DNA of 64,000 bases from Gammaproteobacteria bacterium (GTDB taxonomy: Bacteria > Pseudomonadota > Gammaproteobacteria > Burkholderiales > Rhodocyclaceae), in assembly GCA_018824085.1 (NCBI GenBank), contig JAHJHI010000054.1, positions 7,362 to 71,361 of the forward strand. Reading direction: 5' to 3'. The position numbers and the translations under genes are program-made. Positions 48,201 to 58,406 of this stretch are shown piece after piece. Numbering within the stretch: position 1 is the stretch's first letter; every line of letters starts with the position of its first letter. The notes under the pieces are model-generated. The model was not told the DNA's origin and did no database searches. It saw only the letters and a program-made list of their open reading frames with translations.

Positions 48201-49159
48201 CCACGCTGGGCCGCCCGCCGGTCAAGTCGCAGATCATCCATTTCATCAACAAGCCGATGCCGGGCAAGCTGCCGAAACGCACCTCGCGCGCGCTGCTCGA
48301 CATCGAGGACGCCGCCATCGTGCCGGTCATCCGCGATCCGAAGCTGGCCGCCGACGAACAGGAAGCGGTGTTCTACTTCCCGGGCTGCGGCTCCGAACGG
48401 CTGTTCTCGCAGGTCGGCCTGGCCACGCAGGCGATGCTCTATCACGTCGGCGCGCAGACCGTGCTGCCGCCGGGCTATCTGTGCTGCGGCTATCCGCAGA
48501 CGGCCGGCGGCAATGCTGAAAAGGGACAGGAAATCAGCACATCCAACCGCGTGCTGTTCCACCGCGTCGCCAACACGCTGAACTACCTCGACATCAAGAC
48601 GGTGATCGTGTCCTGCGGCACCTGCATGGACCAGCTCCAGCAGTACGAATTCGACAAGATATTCCCCGGCTGCCGCCTGCTCGACATCCATGAATACCTG
48701 ATGGAAAAAGGCGTGAAGCTCGAGGGCGTCGAAGGCGTGCGCTACATGTATCACGACCCCTGCCACACGCCGATGAAGACGCACGCGCCGATGAAGGTGG
48801 TGAATCAGCTCATCGGCACGTCGGACGGCACGAAGGTCGCGCTCAACGAACGCTGCTGCGGCGAAAGCGGCACGCTGGCGGTGAGCCGGCCGGACATTTC
48901 GACCCAGGTGCGCTTCCGCAAGGAAGACGAGATGCGCAAGGGGGCGGGCGGCCTGCGCGCCGACGGCTTCACCGGCGAGGTGAAGATATTGACGTCCTGT
49001 CCGTCCTGCCTGCAGGGGCTGTCGCGCTACGACGGCGACAGCGACACGCAAGCCGACTACATCGTCGTGGAAATGGCGCGCCACCTGCTGGGTGACGACT
49101 GGGCGCAGGACTACGTCGAGCGCGCCAACAGCGGCGGCATCGAGCGCGTGCTGCTGTAG
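45218..49159 (+). CDS. Large FAD/Fe-S oxidoreductase (DUF3683, GlcD-like FAD domain, 4Fe-4S and CCG domains)
   Basis: [71 protein letters not shown]. Confidence 0.88.
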   Translation: MLMESATALIDLHVSRDPTRLREIPYNYTSLSDREIVMRLLGAPMWDTLASLRAERMTGRSARMLYEVLGDIWVVQRNPYLEDDLLDNPKRQDALVDAMRHRLKEVELRRKPGGDDASRERDRKVGVLLDAARGAVDAFARHFAQTRQLRRRILKVLGRHTREANIAFDGLARVSHVTDATDWRVEYPLVVLHPDTEDEVAPLVRGCIELGLTIIPRGGGTGYTGSAVPLTAMSAVINTEKLIDLGQVEQAVLPGLDTPYATVRTGAGVVTRRVMEAAENAGLVFACDPTSADASCVGGNIATNAGGKKAVLWGTALDNLASWRMVDADGWPLEVTRLEHNLGKIHDAARVRFAVQRFELDGATPRGEREIIDVPGASFRKTGLGKDVTDKFLSGLPGVQKEGCDGLITSARWILHKLPPVTRTVCLEFFGQVREAVPAIVDIKDYLDKLPKSGQARVLLAGLEHLDERYVRAVGYATKARRHGRPKMVLIGDIVGDDETAVMAAASEVVRMCNQRGAEGFIAVSAESRKTFWLDRARTAAIARHTNAFKINEDVVIPLPRMGDYCDGIERINIELSIASKLRLCDALSEFLRGDLPLHAGDANVDADELLGDRRAQALQQVGAMRGRWQWLLDNLDQPLARAEPLLLSLGVEIGRLVNRAERPTLFHRLQDYSVRVSWKRELKPVLDEIFDGAMYRPIVDRIEAIRKDVLRGRVFVALHMHAGDGNVHTNIPVNSDNYDMLQEANAAVARIMRLARSLGGVISGEHGIGITKLEFLTAEELAPFIDYKRRIDPHGHFNAGKLLPGGDLSRAYTPSFSLLGTESLIMEKSDVGQIATSIKDCLRCGKCKPVCATHVPRANLLYSPRNKILATSLLIEAFLYEEQTRRGISLRHFDEFSDVADHCTVCHKCANPCPVDIDFGDVSIAMRNALRKQGKRKFNPGTAASMAFLNATDPATIKALRVAMMGIGYRMQRLGHRVGKALGLVDRQTRNPPPTLGRPPVKSQIIHFINKPMPGKLPKRTSRALLDIEDAAIVPVIRDPKLAADEQEAVFYFPGCGSERLFSQVGLATQAMLYHVGAQTVLPPGYLCCGYPQTAGGNAEKGQEISTSNRVLFHRVANTLNYLDIKTVIVSCGTCMDQLQQYEFDKIFPGCRLLDIHEYLMEKGVKLEGVEGVRYMYHDPCHTPMKTHAPMKVVNQLIGTSDGTKVALNERCCGESGTLAVSRPDISTQVRFRKEDEMRKGAGGLRADGFTGEVKILTSCPSCLQGLSRYDGDSDTQADYIVVEMARHLLGDDWAQDYVERANSGGIERVLL

Positions 49160-49164
49160 GGGGG

Positions 49165-49716
49165 CTATCGCCGGCGCGCGCTCGACGCGCCGGCGCCTTC
49201 GAGGTCCTGCATGAAGGATTCGAGGGCGCGCTCGTCGTTCATGCCGGCGGGTGCCATTTCGAGTTTCATGCTGCCGCTGCCGCCGGGCTGGTCGCGCGAA
49301 CAGATCATGTGGGCGAGCATGCCGCCGAAGCGCTCGAAGCGCCCCTGCTGGCTGAGATAGGCGTTCTGCGCGCGATACGCGTCGCGTTCCGACTGCAGCG
49401 TCGCGCGGCAATCCCGCTGATAGGCGAAGCCCTTCTGCCGGGCTTCGAGCACGTGCACGAATTCGTGCAGCAGGAAGGAATTGTCGGCACTGTCCTGCAA
49501 CTGAAGATCGGACCGGACCAGTATCTGCTCCCGCGCGCGATCGTAGTAGGCGACAAGGCGAGCGCATTCGGACGGCTCACCGGGGCACACTTCCTCCGAA
49601 AAGGACTGCATCGACAGCATGCGCACCGTCGGCAGGTCGTCCAGTGACAAAGGCGGATAACCCGACAGCGACGACGCCAGCCCCAGCAGGTACGACAGCA
49701 ACGCGGCATCCAGCAT
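49165..49716 (-). CDS. Hypothetical exported protein with an HExxH metallopeptidase-like motif
   Basis: LLHEFVH followed by downstream SERDAY. Confidence 0.6.
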   Translation of the reverse strand: MLDAALLSYLLGLASSLSGYPPLSLDDLPTVRMLSMQSFSEEVCPGEPSECARLVAYYDRAREQILVRSDLQLQDSADNSFLLHEFVHVLEARQKGFAYQRDCRATLQSERDAYRAQNAYLSQQGRFERFGGMLAHMICSRDQPGGSGSMKLEMAPAGMNDERALESFMQDLEGAGASSARRR

Positions 49717-49904
49717 GGCGGCTTCCTTCCCGGCAGGGGTTTCAGCATACGGGGCCCGAAACACCCCGACCGAAACCGTTCGACAGCGCCCGCGCCGGAG
49801 GTTTCACGCCACGCGGGCAGCCGGCGCAAGTGATAGATTGAACGCCTTGCCGCACGCCTGTAAAGCGCGCCGGCCGAGCCCACCCGCCGCAAGGGAGATT
49901 TGCC

Positions 49905-50375
49905 ATGAAGCGCATGTGCCACCGTTTCCGTGCCGCAGCCGTTGCACTTGGCGTGCTGTCGGGCCTGTCCGGCCCCGCTGGCGCAGCCACCGCCGAACGC
50001 ACCGATGCGACGCGCGCCGCGGGCAACACACGGCTGACCGGCGTCTGGTCCTGGACCGACATGCAGCAATGCACGGAAAGCTATGAGTATCGTGCCGACG
50101 GAAGCGGCCAGGTCAGCAGCGGGGACGAACGGACCGACGTGCGCTACACGCTGTCACCCGAGCCGCAGGAGGGCGACTTCTTCCGGCTCGACGTGACCAT
50201 CCAGCACAATTCGGGTGGCAAGGACTGCCTGGGTGAAAGCGGTGACGATGCAGGTGAAACCTACACCGTGTTCGTGACTTTCCAGCCCGACGAGAACACC
50301 CATCTGGTGTGCTACCAGCCGGACTTCACGCGCTGTTTCGGACCGCTGCGCAGGCAGCCCCCCGGCGCGCACTGA
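49905..50375 (+). CDS. Hypothetical secreted protein (lipocalin-like beta fold)
   Basis: Signal peptide, LTGVWSW, four Cys in the mature part. Confidence 0.65.
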   Translation: MKRMCHRFRAAAVALGVLSGLSGPAGAATAERTDATRAAGNTRLTGVWSWTDMQQCTESYEYRADGSGQVSSGDERTDVRYTLSPEPQEGDFFRLDVTIQHNSGGKDCLGESGDDAGETYTVFVTFQPDENTHLVCYQPDFTRCFGPLRRQPPGAH

Positions 50376-50388
50376 AGGCGGCCCGCGT

Positions 50389-51066
50389 TCAGGCCAGCAA
50401 GGCGGCCACGCGGGCACACTCGTCCGGCGTCGCAAGCAGGCGCACGACCTCGCGCAGGTCGGCGCGATCGATGTAGTGCTGCGCCCGGCTCGCCACGACC
50501 TCGCGCCGCACGACACCGCCGAAGCCGACGACCGTGGCGCCTGCCGTCGCCGCTTCGAGGTCGGTCATGCCGTCACCCACCATGACGACCGATGCGCCGT
50601 GCGCCATGACCTCGCGGCAGATGTCCGCCTTGCCGCCGTTGCGGGCCAGCGGCGACGCGCTGTCGAAGCCCGCATAGTCGCCGGCCGCGTCGAATGCCAG
50701 ATCCACCGCGTGTACCTGCGCGTCCGGCACGCCAAGATGGCGCGCCAAAACCAGCACGGCCTGGCGTATGCCGCCGCTGACGACGTGTACCTGCCAGCCG
50801 AGCGCGCGCAAAGCGTGAACGGCCTGCGGCGCACCTTCGACCATGGTGTCGACGTAGTGCCGGCCGAGCCAGTCGATGACGGCGCGCTGCGGGCGGATCA
50901 GGTCGAGCCGCGCGGCATAGGCCGCTTCGAGCGGCAGGCTGCCGTCCATCGCGGCATTGGTCAGCGGCACGACTTGATCGACGACACCGGCACGTTCGGC
51001 CAGCACGTCGATCCCCTCTATCGTCGACAGCGTGCTGTCGCAGTCAAACAGGATGGCGCGTGTCAT
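50389..51066 (-). CDS. serB: Phosphoserine phosphatase (HAD IB, no ACT domain)
   Basis: FDCDST, VSGG, K, VGDGMTD; downstream of serC. Confidence 0.85.
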   Translation of the reverse strand: MTRAILFDCDSTLSTIEGIDVLAERAGVVDQVVPLTNAAMDGSLPLEAAYAARLDLIRPQRAVIDWLGRHYVDTMVEGAPQAVHALRALGWQVHVVSGGIRQAVLVLARHLGVPDAQVHAVDLAFDAAGDYAGFDSASPLARNGGKADICREVMAHGASVVMVGDGMTDLEAATAGATVVGFGGVVRREVVASRAQHYIDRADLREVVRLLATPDECARVAALLA

Positions 51067-51067
51067 G

Positions 51068-52228
51068 TCAGGCACCGTGCCGCAGCGTGGCGTACGCCCA
51101 GTCCAGCCAGGGTGTCAGCGCCGCGACGTCCGCGCTGTCTACCGTGGCACCGCACCAGATGCGGAGCCCGGGCGGCGCGTCCCGGTAGGCCGACACGTCG
51201 TAGGCGGCGCCCTCCTGTTCCAGCAACGCGCACAGACGCCGGATGAAGTCGCGCTGCGCGACCTGCGGCTGCGCCTCGAACCATGGATCCACCACCTTCA
51301 GGCAGACCGATGTGTGCGAGCGCGTATCGACGCGTTCGGCGAGAAAATCCACCCAGTCAGTCTTCGCCACCCACTGCTCGAGCACGGCAAAGCTCTCTTT
51401 GCTGCGAGCGATCAGCGCCGGCAGGCCGCCGATGTCCTCTGCCCAGCGCAGCACGTCGATCTGGTCTTCGACGCACAGCATCGACGGCGTGTTGATCGTG
51501 TTGCCCTGGAACAGGTCTTCGGTCAGCGCACCGTTGTCCATCAGGCGGAACAGCTTGGGCACCGGCCATGCCGGCGTGTGCCGCCGCAACCGTTCGACGG
51601 CGCGCGGACTCAGCACGATCATGCCGTGGGCCGCTTCGCCGCCGAGCACCTTCTGCCAGGACCAGGTCGTCACGTCGAGCTTGTGCCAGGGCAGTTCCAT
51701 CGCGAACGCGGCGGACGTCGCGTCACAGATCGACAGGCCTGCGCGGTCGTCGGCGATCCAGTCGCCGTCGGGCACGCGTACGCCGGCCGACGTGCCGTTC
51801 CACGTGAACACCACGTCGCGATCCCAGCTCACGGCCGACAGGTCGGGCAGCTGGCCGTACGGCGCAACCATGAGATTCGCGTTGGTCAGCTTGAGCACCG
51901 GGCCGACGTCGGTGATCCAGTTCGCACCGAACGCTTCCCAGGCAAGGCAATCCACCTCGCGTTCGCCAAGCAGCGTCCACAGCGCCATTTCGACCGCCCC
52001 GGTATCGGACCCGGGCACGATGGCAATGCGGTAGTCATCCGGCACGCCGAGCACCGCCCGGCTGCGCTCGATGACTTCCCTGAGCTTGGCAAGCCCCTCC
52101 TTCACGCGATGCGAACGGCCTACAAAGGCGTCGCGCAACGCGTCAAGCGTCCAGCCGGGGCGCTTGACGCAGGGCCCGGACGAGAAGGATGGACGAAGCG
52201 GACGAACTTCAGGCTTTGACGGAATCAT
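51068..52228 (-). CDS. serC: Phosphoserine aminotransferase, alphaproteobacterial/Methanosarcina type
   Basis: [62 protein letters not shown]. Confidence 0.92.
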   Translation of the reverse strand: MIPSKPEVRPLRPSFSSGPCVKRPGWTLDALRDAFVGRSHRVKEGLAKLREVIERSRAVLGVPDDYRIAIVPGSDTGAVEMALWTLLGEREVDCLAWEAFGANWITDVGPVLKLTNANLMVAPYGQLPDLSAVSWDRDVVFTWNGTSAGVRVPDGDWIADDRAGLSICDATSAAFAMELPWHKLDVTTWSWQKVLGGEAAHGMIVLSPRAVERLRRHTPAWPVPKLFRLMDNGALTEDLFQGNTINTPSMLCVEDQIDVLRWAEDIGGLPALIARSKESFAVLEQWVAKTDWVDFLAERVDTRSHTSVCLKVVDPWFEAQPQVAQRDFIRRLCALLEQEGAAYDVSAYRDAPPGLRIWCGATVDSADVAALTPWLDWAYATLRHGA

Positions 52229-52406
52229 GGCGGCAGGGCAATCAACTCGGTGGATGGGCCGGAAACGGCCGGGAACGGGGCTCGGAAGACAAAGCGGCGG
52301 AGTATAGCCGCAGCGCGCGCGCGCCGCAGCATAGCGCCCGGCAAGCTGTGATGCACAGTGGACTGCCGGGAAGATGTTCCGGCTGCCGGCACCCGACGGG
52401 CGTCGG

Positions 52407-53453
52407 TCAGTTCGGCGCCGCGAGCGGCAGATTCAGCAGCAGGTTCTGCGGCTTCATCTGCACCAGACCGTCACCATCCATCGCCAGCGCCATCCAGACC
52501 GGGCGGGCTTCACCGTCGTGGCGCAGCTCGGCGCGCATTTCGCGGGCATCGACAAAGTCGAGACGGAACAGCGCCACGATGCGCGACATGCGGTCCGGCG
52601 CAAGCTCCCCGCCGTCGTACAGCATGTTCAGCAGTTCCATCGCCTCCCGGTCCAGGCCGATATGCCAGGCCCAGTGCTCGTCGCGAATGTCCTTCTGCGG
52701 CGTGATGCTGACGGCACAGCCGTAGAAGTGGGCGATCCAGCGCTCCATGACGCGGCACAGCGCGTCCAGCCCCGGCTGGCCGAAGTTGAGCGGCAGCACG
52801 GCGCGCCGCCCTGCCCTCGCGTAAAGCTCGGCGGCGTTCGCCGGATCGAGCACGTCGAGTCCGCCGGCACGTGGTACCGCGCCGGCCTGCAGGATCAGAC
52901 GGCCGATGTTGCCGAAACCGCCCGTTTCGGCGTGCTCGCCCAGCACCTCGTCGTCGGCGAGCAGCACGCGGCCCGACTGCAGCGTCGCCCGCTGGCTGCG
53001 GAACAGCAGTTCGGCTGCGCGCCACATCAGCGCGCCGTCATTGCCGTCGCAGCCTTCCAGCAGCGCATGCAGGATGATCTGCGTGAGTTGCGGCACGAAC
53101 AGCGGCGCTAGCCCCGACAGGCCGTCGAGGAACAGCTCCAGCCAGGCGGATTCGATATCGGGCTGCGCCAGGACGCGGTCACGGAACGCCAGAAAGGCAA
53201 ACCAGTTGCCGCGTGCGTCCTCGTCGGCGATGGCGGCAATCTCGTCGTGCGCGACGATGCACGCCGGCTGCGCTGCGAGCCGCGCGACCAGTGCGCGCTC
53301 GCCGGCACAGCTTTCATCGACCAGCGCAAGTTCCGGCCGGGCCAGCCAGTGGTGCAGCAGCGCGTCGGTCACGACGAGGCGACCGGCGTCGTTGCGCCCG
53401 ACCAGCGGGTGCAGGGAATCGGGCCACCACTGCGGTTCGCCGCGATGCTGCAT
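52407..53453 (-). CDS. DUF6352-like protein
   Basis: [36 protein letters not shown]; TGATG-coupled to fhcC. Confidence 0.7.
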   Translation of the reverse strand: MQHRGEPQWWPDSLHPLVGRNDAGRLVVTDALLHHWLARPELALVDESCAGERALVARLAAQPACIVAHDEIAAIADEDARGNWFAFLAFRDRVLAQPDIESAWLELFLDGLSGLAPLFVPQLTQIILHALLEGCDGNDGALMWRAAELLFRSQRATLQSGRVLLADDEVLGEHAETGGFGNIGRLILQAGAVPRAGGLDVLDPANAAELYARAGRRAVLPLNFGQPGLDALCRVMERWIAHFYGCAVSITPQKDIRDEHWAWHIGLDREAMELLNMLYDGGELAPDRMSRIVALFRLDFVDAREMRAELRHDGEARPVWMALAMDGDGLVQMKPQNLLLNLPLAAPN

Positions 53454-54268
53454 CAGCCGCGGACGAGCAATTCGCCGCGACCGCTCACGCTCATGTCACC
53501 CATGTAGCGGCGCACCGTGCAGGCCCCAGTGTCGAGCGCGCCGAACGCGCCCGGCAGGCCTTTCCAGCTCGCGTACAGCAGGCTGAGGAAACCCAGACGA
53601 TGCGGGCCGCAATCGACGAAGCCCGGCACCAGCTGCGCCGGCGTGCCGGTGACGATGAGCGTGCCACGCTTCATCAGATAGCCCGGATAGGCACCGACGC
53701 TGCCCGCCACCGCGATGGTGCCGGCAATCATGCGTGTGCCGCAGAAGTCGCCGGCATTGCCGCTGACCAGTATCTGGCCGCGCCGCATGCGGTCACCGAG
53801 GCGCTCGCCGGCATTGCCGGCCACCAGCAGCAGGCCGCCCGCCATGCCCTTCATGTCGCCGGGAATCGCGCCACCGGCCGCGTCGCCGACGTTGCCGGCA
53901 ATCTCGATGCGCCCGCCCTTCATGCCGCTGGCACAGAAGGCGCCGGCCGAGCCGCTGATGGTGATGACGCCGCCCAGCAGGCCCTGCCCGACATAGGCAC
54001 CGGCGTCGCCTTCGACGCTGATGCGCCCGGACTTCATGCCGGCGCCGATGCGCTCGAGCCGGTCACAACCGGCGCGGAACACGATGTCGCCGACGTCATC
54101 GCCGGCGATGTCAAACAGTTCGCCGACGCTGGGCGTCGTCCGGCCGACGGACAGCCGGATCGCCGCGATGTCGGCCACCGACTGGCCGGCCAGCGCCGTC
54201 GGATTGAGCATGCCGACGTCGACGCGCTGGGTCGGTGCGTTGCGCAGGGTGAAGACCAGTGCGCTCAT
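53453..54268 (-). CDS. fhcC: Formyltransferase/hydrolase complex subunit C
   Basis: GXGXG repeats, GDRMRRG, MIAGTI, MKRGT. Confidence 0.93.
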   Translation of the reverse strand: MSALVFTLRNAPTQRVDVGMLNPTALAGQSVADIAAIRLSVGRTTPSVGELFDIAGDDVGDIVFRAGCDRLERIGAGMKSGRISVEGDAGAYVGQGLLGGVITISGSAGAFCASGMKGGRIEIAGNVGDAAGGAIPGDMKGMAGGLLLVAGNAGERLGDRMRRGQILVSGNAGDFCGTRMIAGTIAVAGSVGAYPGYLMKRGTLIVTGTPAQLVPGFVDCGPHRLGFLSLLYASWKGLPGAFGALDTGACTVRRYMGDMSVSGRGELLVRG

Positions 54269-55161
54269 GACAGGATCTCCCGCAGGTGGTACTGGAACTG
54301 GCCAAGCTTGCCGCCGTAGTTGCCGGCCGACAGCCGGCGGATGCCGCCTGCCGCGCCGATCCCGCACACCGCGCGCATGCCGACCTCCATCGCCTTCTTG
54401 ACCGACGCGTCGGTGAGGCCGTCGATGACGATCTCGAGCACCGCGCCGATGCGCTCGTCAAGCTCCGACTTCGTCGCGCCGCGCAGGGTCGGGCAGAACG
54501 CGTCATTGGTCGAGGCCGACAGCGCCTTGTACTTCGAACCCACCTTGGAGCCGGAACGCACCACGCCGCCCGGGAAGGGCATCGCCACGTCCGGCAGCTT
54601 GCGCATCTCCACGATGGCCGCCTCGCAGGCTTCAAGCGCCTGCACCTGGCTGTCGGCGAGCACCAGGAAATTGCCGCCGCCAACCGCACGCACCATGCGC
54701 GCGGTGTCCTGCACAAGGAACTCGCCGTCCATCACCGGCACGCGCCAGTAGCGCTTGCCGGCAATCTGCTTCGAGGTCTGGAAGCCGTCGCCGAAATAGC
54801 GCAGCGTCTTGCCCAGCGGCACCGGATCACCCTCGTCCAGGCCGGCGAACACGGCGCTGGTCGGGCTGGTCAGCACGCACTGGCCGACACGGCGCTCGAC
54901 CTGCTTGATGAGCTCCTTGCTGGACATCGCGAACAGCAGCACGGACACCCCCGGACGGCCGTCCGGCGTCTCCGGCGGCGCCAGCAGGCGCTCGATGCCG
55001 GCTTCGGCACCGCAGCCGATGACCGATGTCGCGAATCCGGTCAGCGCATTGGCCGAATTCAGCGCCCAGGTTTCGTTGTGGGCGGTAATGATGAGGCGGG
55101 TGCCCCGCATGCCGAACGCTTCGGCAAAGGTGTCGTCGATTGCTACGCCATTGATGATCAT
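54265..55161 (-). CDS. fhcD: Formylmethanofuran-H4MPT formyltransferase
   Basis: IDDTFAEAF, TGFATSVIGC, PDGRPG, GQCVLTSPT, SAGNYGGKLG. Confidence 0.96.
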   Translation of the reverse strand: MIINGVAIDDTFAEAFGMRGTRLIITAHNETWALNSANALTGFATSVIGCGAEAGIERLLAPPETPDGRPGVSVLLFAMSSKELIKQVERRVGQCVLTSPTSAVFAGLDEGDPVPLGKTLRYFGDGFQTSKQIAGKRYWRVPVMDGEFLVQDTARMVRAVGGGNFLVLADSQVQALEACEAAIVEMRKLPDVAMPFPGGVVRSGSKVGSKYKALSASTNDAFCPTLRGATKSELDERIGAVLEIVIDGLTDASVKKAMEVGMRAVCGIGAAGGIRRLSAGNYGGKLGQFQYHLREILS

Positions 55162-55165
55162 CTGC

Positions 55166-56836
55166 TCAACCCCGCTTCTTGCAGGCGTGGGGAATCAGCT
55201 TCGTTCCGCCGCCGCATTCACACAACTCGTCGTTGCTGATCTTGAAGTTGCTCATGCGTACCGAGTGATAGCGCTCGAAGTACGGCTGGATCTTCTTCTC
55301 GATGCCGATATCGAATTCCGGCTTCACCGCGTGGATGTTGCCGCGCACGACCTTGACGATCCTGCCGTCGCGCACCACCAGTTCGCCGTCCTTGAACACC
55401 AGTTCCGGCTTCTCGAACATGCGCTCGGGGTCCGCATTTTCGCGATACACGACGATGTCCGCCGCAGCGCCCGGCGCCAGATGGCCGCGGTCCGCCAGGC
55501 CGATCAGCTTGGCCGGCGCGGCGCGCGTCATCGTGGCGATCTCGTACAGCGAATACTCGCGGTCGAGACTGCCCAGATTGCTCATCGCGCGTGCTTCCGG
55601 GTTGATCGTGTCCAGCATCGCGTTGCGATAGCTGCGGTCCATCAGCAGCTTGATCAGGTGCGGATAGGTCGTGAACGGCGCGCCGTTGGGGTGGTCCGTC
55701 GTCAGGAACACGCGCCAGGGGTCGTCCACCATCAGGAAGATTTCCAGACCGATCGCCCATTGCAGCGCATTGACGAAGTTCTGGTCCTTGTACTTGAACG
55801 GCACGACGCCGCAGCCGGCGTCGCACTCGATGTCCATGATCACCGACTTCTTCGGCGAGCCATGGTCGGCGTTGCGATACTGGACCATGTTGTCGCCGGA
55901 CGCCGTCACGGTCTGGCCGAACAGGATCTGTCCGACGTCGGCGGTGACGTTCTTCTGCCGGTTGATCGCCTCGGCAATGCGCGCCGCCTCGCTGGAAAAT
56001 TTGCGGTCGCCCTCGGTGCCGTAGCTGTGGAACTGGATGTGCGTGAGGTGGATCGGCAGGCCTTCCGCCGCGTCCATCGTGCCCAGCGTGGTGCCGACGT
56101 TGCCCGGCACGCCGAGGTTGCTGGCATGCACGTGCAGCGGCTTGGGCACACCCAGCTCGTGCACCGCGCGCGACAGCACCTGGAGGATGCGGCGCGGCGT
56201 CACGCCGTAGTAGGCGTTTTCCTCATCGAGATCGAGCTTGCGCTGGTTGAACTTGAACGCCGAGATGGCGCCCGGGTTCACCACCTTTACGCCCACGGTC
56301 TGCGTGGCGTTCAGCGTCCAGGCCACGTAGTCGTTGATCGCCTGCTGGTCCTCGTTGGCAGCCAGCATGCGCAGCAGGAAGTCGTCGCTGCCCAGCATCA
56401 CGTAGCCGCCGGTGTCGACCATGGGCGTGTCGCCCATTTCCATGTGCGCCTGGCGCGCGTTGATCGGCAGCACGGCCGGTTCAAAGCATGCCGTGTAGCC
56501 CATCTCTGCATAGCGGTAACCCGCCGCCAGCGTGCCCGGCGCCGCGTGGCCGCAGCTGGAACGCGTCAGTTCGGTGCGCTCGACGGTGTCGCCGCGGTGG
56601 TCTTCGGGCAGCATTTCGCGCGCGATGTTGACCTTGCCGCCACCGATGTGGGTGTGCATGTCGATCGCGCCCGACATGACGATGCGGCCCGAAATGTTGT
56701 ACTCGGCCGTCACCTTCTCGTTGCCGTCCGGCGCCGCGACGATGTAGCCGTCGCGCACCCAGATGTCCCGCACCTGGTCATTGACGCCGTTGGCCGGGTC
56801 GATCACCCGGCCGCCTGAAAGCTTGATCAGACTCAC
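55166..56836 (-). CDS. fhcA: Fhc amidohydrolase subunit A
   Basis: DMHTH, KVVNPG, HVHASNLG, HLTHIQFH, TTDHPNG; GTG start. Confidence 0.96.
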   Translation of the reverse strand: MSLIKLSGGRVIDPANGVNDQVRDIWVRDGYIVAAPDGNEKVTAEYNISGRIVMSGAIDMHTHIGGGKVNIAREMLPEDHRGDTVERTELTRSSCGHAAPGTLAAGYRYAEMGYTACFEPAVLPINARQAHMEMGDTPMVDTGGYVMLGSDDFLLRMLAANEDQQAINDYVAWTLNATQTVGVKVVNPGAISAFKFNQRKLDLDEENAYYGVTPRRILQVLSRAVHELGVPKPLHVHASNLGVPGNVGTTLGTMDAAEGLPIHLTHIQFHSYGTEGDRKFSSEAARIAEAINRQKNVTADVGQILFGQTVTASGDNMVQYRNADHGSPKKSVIMDIECDAGCGVVPFKYKDQNFVNALQWAIGLEIFLMVDDPWRVFLTTDHPNGAPFTTYPHLIKLLMDRSYRNAMLDTINPEARAMSNLGSLDREYSLYEIATMTRAAPAKLIGLADRGHLAPGAAADIVVYRENADPERMFEKPELVFKDGELVVRDGRIVKVVRGNIHAVKPEFDIGIEKKIQPYFERYHSVRMSNFKISNDELCECGGGTKLIPHACKKRG

Positions 56837-58131
56837 GTCCTCACCTCCCTGAGCTTCGCGGCAATGCTCATGGCCACCGTCTCTGCCGCGGGCAGCGAGG
56901 TCGCACGCAGCGCGCGCAGCGGCAAGGTCACGACCTTGTCGGTGCGCACGAAATGCCCGCTGTGATGAATGCCCGGCGTTGCCACCGGGATGAATACGTG
57001 CGGCTCGCCGTCGAGCTTCTGCGACGGCGGCGCGATGACCACCGTCGGCACGCCACAGGCTGGCGGCGCGACGTGGTCGGCCAGGCTGTTCAGCCACACC
57101 AGCGCATCCGCTTCGCCGGTCTGCAGCAATCGGGTGATGCCGTTATGCACCGGATCGAACTTCGGCGCGCCGCTCGCGTAGCTGGTGCGCATCGGGTAGC
57201 CGGTCTGCCATGTGTGCACCGCGCCCATCGACAGGTCGCCGTCGTTGCCGGCCAGCGGCAGGCTGTTGCAGCGGGTGGTGACATTGAGCTTGCGGACCAG
57301 GCTGACGACGGCGCCGACGTTCAGATCGAGCTGCGCCGCGTCGAACGCCGGGCCGGCCCACACGACGACGCTGTACTTCGCGGCGAACAGCGCATCGACC
57401 AGTTCCTGCCAGCGTGCCAGCGCGATGCCCAGCGGCGCCTCGCCGGTCACCGGCTGTTTCGCCATCAGCGCATTCAGCACCGACAGCGCTTCCGGCATCC
57501 GCATGAGGTCGAATTCGAACACGTCGGGCTGGCGTCCGTCGGGCGACACGCCCGGCGCGGTGTCGAGACCACCGCCCAGATAGACGATGCGGCGGCTGGC
57601 CGGCGCGAGGTCGAACATCGTCTCGCCCACCCAGACGCAGCGCTCGAAGAAGCGCGGCTGCGCACTCACGGCGTCGGTTCCGACCAGCAGGATGAGGTCG
57701 GCACGGTTGCGCACCTCGGCCAGCGTCGTATTGATGCCGCCGCCGTCCTGCACGACGCGGCTGGCACGCCAGCCGAACTCGTTGTTCATGTGATCGATGA
57801 CGCCGCCTGCCTGATCGGCCAGTTCCATCGCGGCACGGGCACCTCCGACATCCAGCGCCATGCCGCCGAAGACCGGCAGCGTCGCGGCGCCAAGCACACG
57901 CGCCGCTTCGGCACAGGCTGCGTCGAGCGACACCGGCTTGCCGTCGATGCGGGGCAACGCACTGTCGCCAACCGTGCTCAGGCGCGCGAAGCTGCTTCGC
58001 GCGCGCTCGCAGCCCTTGGCCACGACCGCGAGGCTGGCGCCCGCGGTATCGACACTCAGGTCATCACAGGCGTGGCCGCACATCGGGCAGGCCACTTCCG
58101 TCATGACGGTCGAAGTCGCTTCATTCGTCAT
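56833..58131 (-). CDS. fhcB: Fhc subunit B (FwdB-like)
   Basis: CPMCGHACDD, TLAEVRNRAD, WQTGYP, ATPGI; operon position. Confidence 0.92.
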   Translation of the reverse strand: MTNEATSTVMTEVACPMCGHACDDLSVDTAGASLAVVAKGCERARSSFARLSTVGDSALPRIDGKPVSLDAACAEAARVLGAATLPVFGGMALDVGGARAAMELADQAGGVIDHMNNEFGWRASRVVQDGGGINTTLAEVRNRADLILLVGTDAVSAQPRFFERCVWVGETMFDLAPASRRIVYLGGGLDTAPGVSPDGRQPDVFEFDLMRMPEALSVLNALMAKQPVTGEAPLGIALARWQELVDALFAAKYSVVVWAGPAFDAAQLDLNVGAVVSLVRKLNVTTRCNSLPLAGNDGDLSMGAVHTWQTGYPMRTSYASGAPKFDPVHNGITRLLQTGEADALVWLNSLADHVAPPACGVPTVVIAPPSQKLDGEPHVFIPVATPGIHHSGHFVRTDKVVTLPLRALRATSLPAAETVAMSIAAKLREVRT

Positions 58132-58226
58132 TTGTCATCCGTTTCATCAGGTTGATCGACCGCGCAATTCGCAACGATACAGCATGCAAAAACGCGGCGC
58201 AGACAGCGTTTCACGCGATGCACTGC

Positions 58227-58243
58227 AGCATCCCGGGTGCCAA
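58227..58243 (-). promoter_or_regulatory. Sigma54 -24/-12 promoter upstream of fhcB
   Basis: Minus strand TTGGCACCCGGGATGCT: TGGCAC-N5-ATGC with GG-N10-GC spacing. Confidence 0.65.
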
Positions 58244-58294
58244 CATGAAGCCCGGTCAATCTGTTGCACAAGCGGCACAGCACGATCCATAAAC

Positions 58295-58324
58295 GACCGC
58301 CTGACGACCGGCCTGAACGCCTGA
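58295..58324. repeat. Three imperfect direct repeats with a GCCTGA core
   Basis: CGACCGCCTGA CGACCGGCCTGA ACGCCTGA in the fhcB-mptG divergent intergenic region. Confidence 0.45.
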
Positions 58325-58406
58325 TTGCGGGACAACCATGCAGCAAGTCCCAGAGACGCTTCCGAATTTGGGATAATCCGCCGCTTTCGTCAGACAGACC
58401 CATCGG

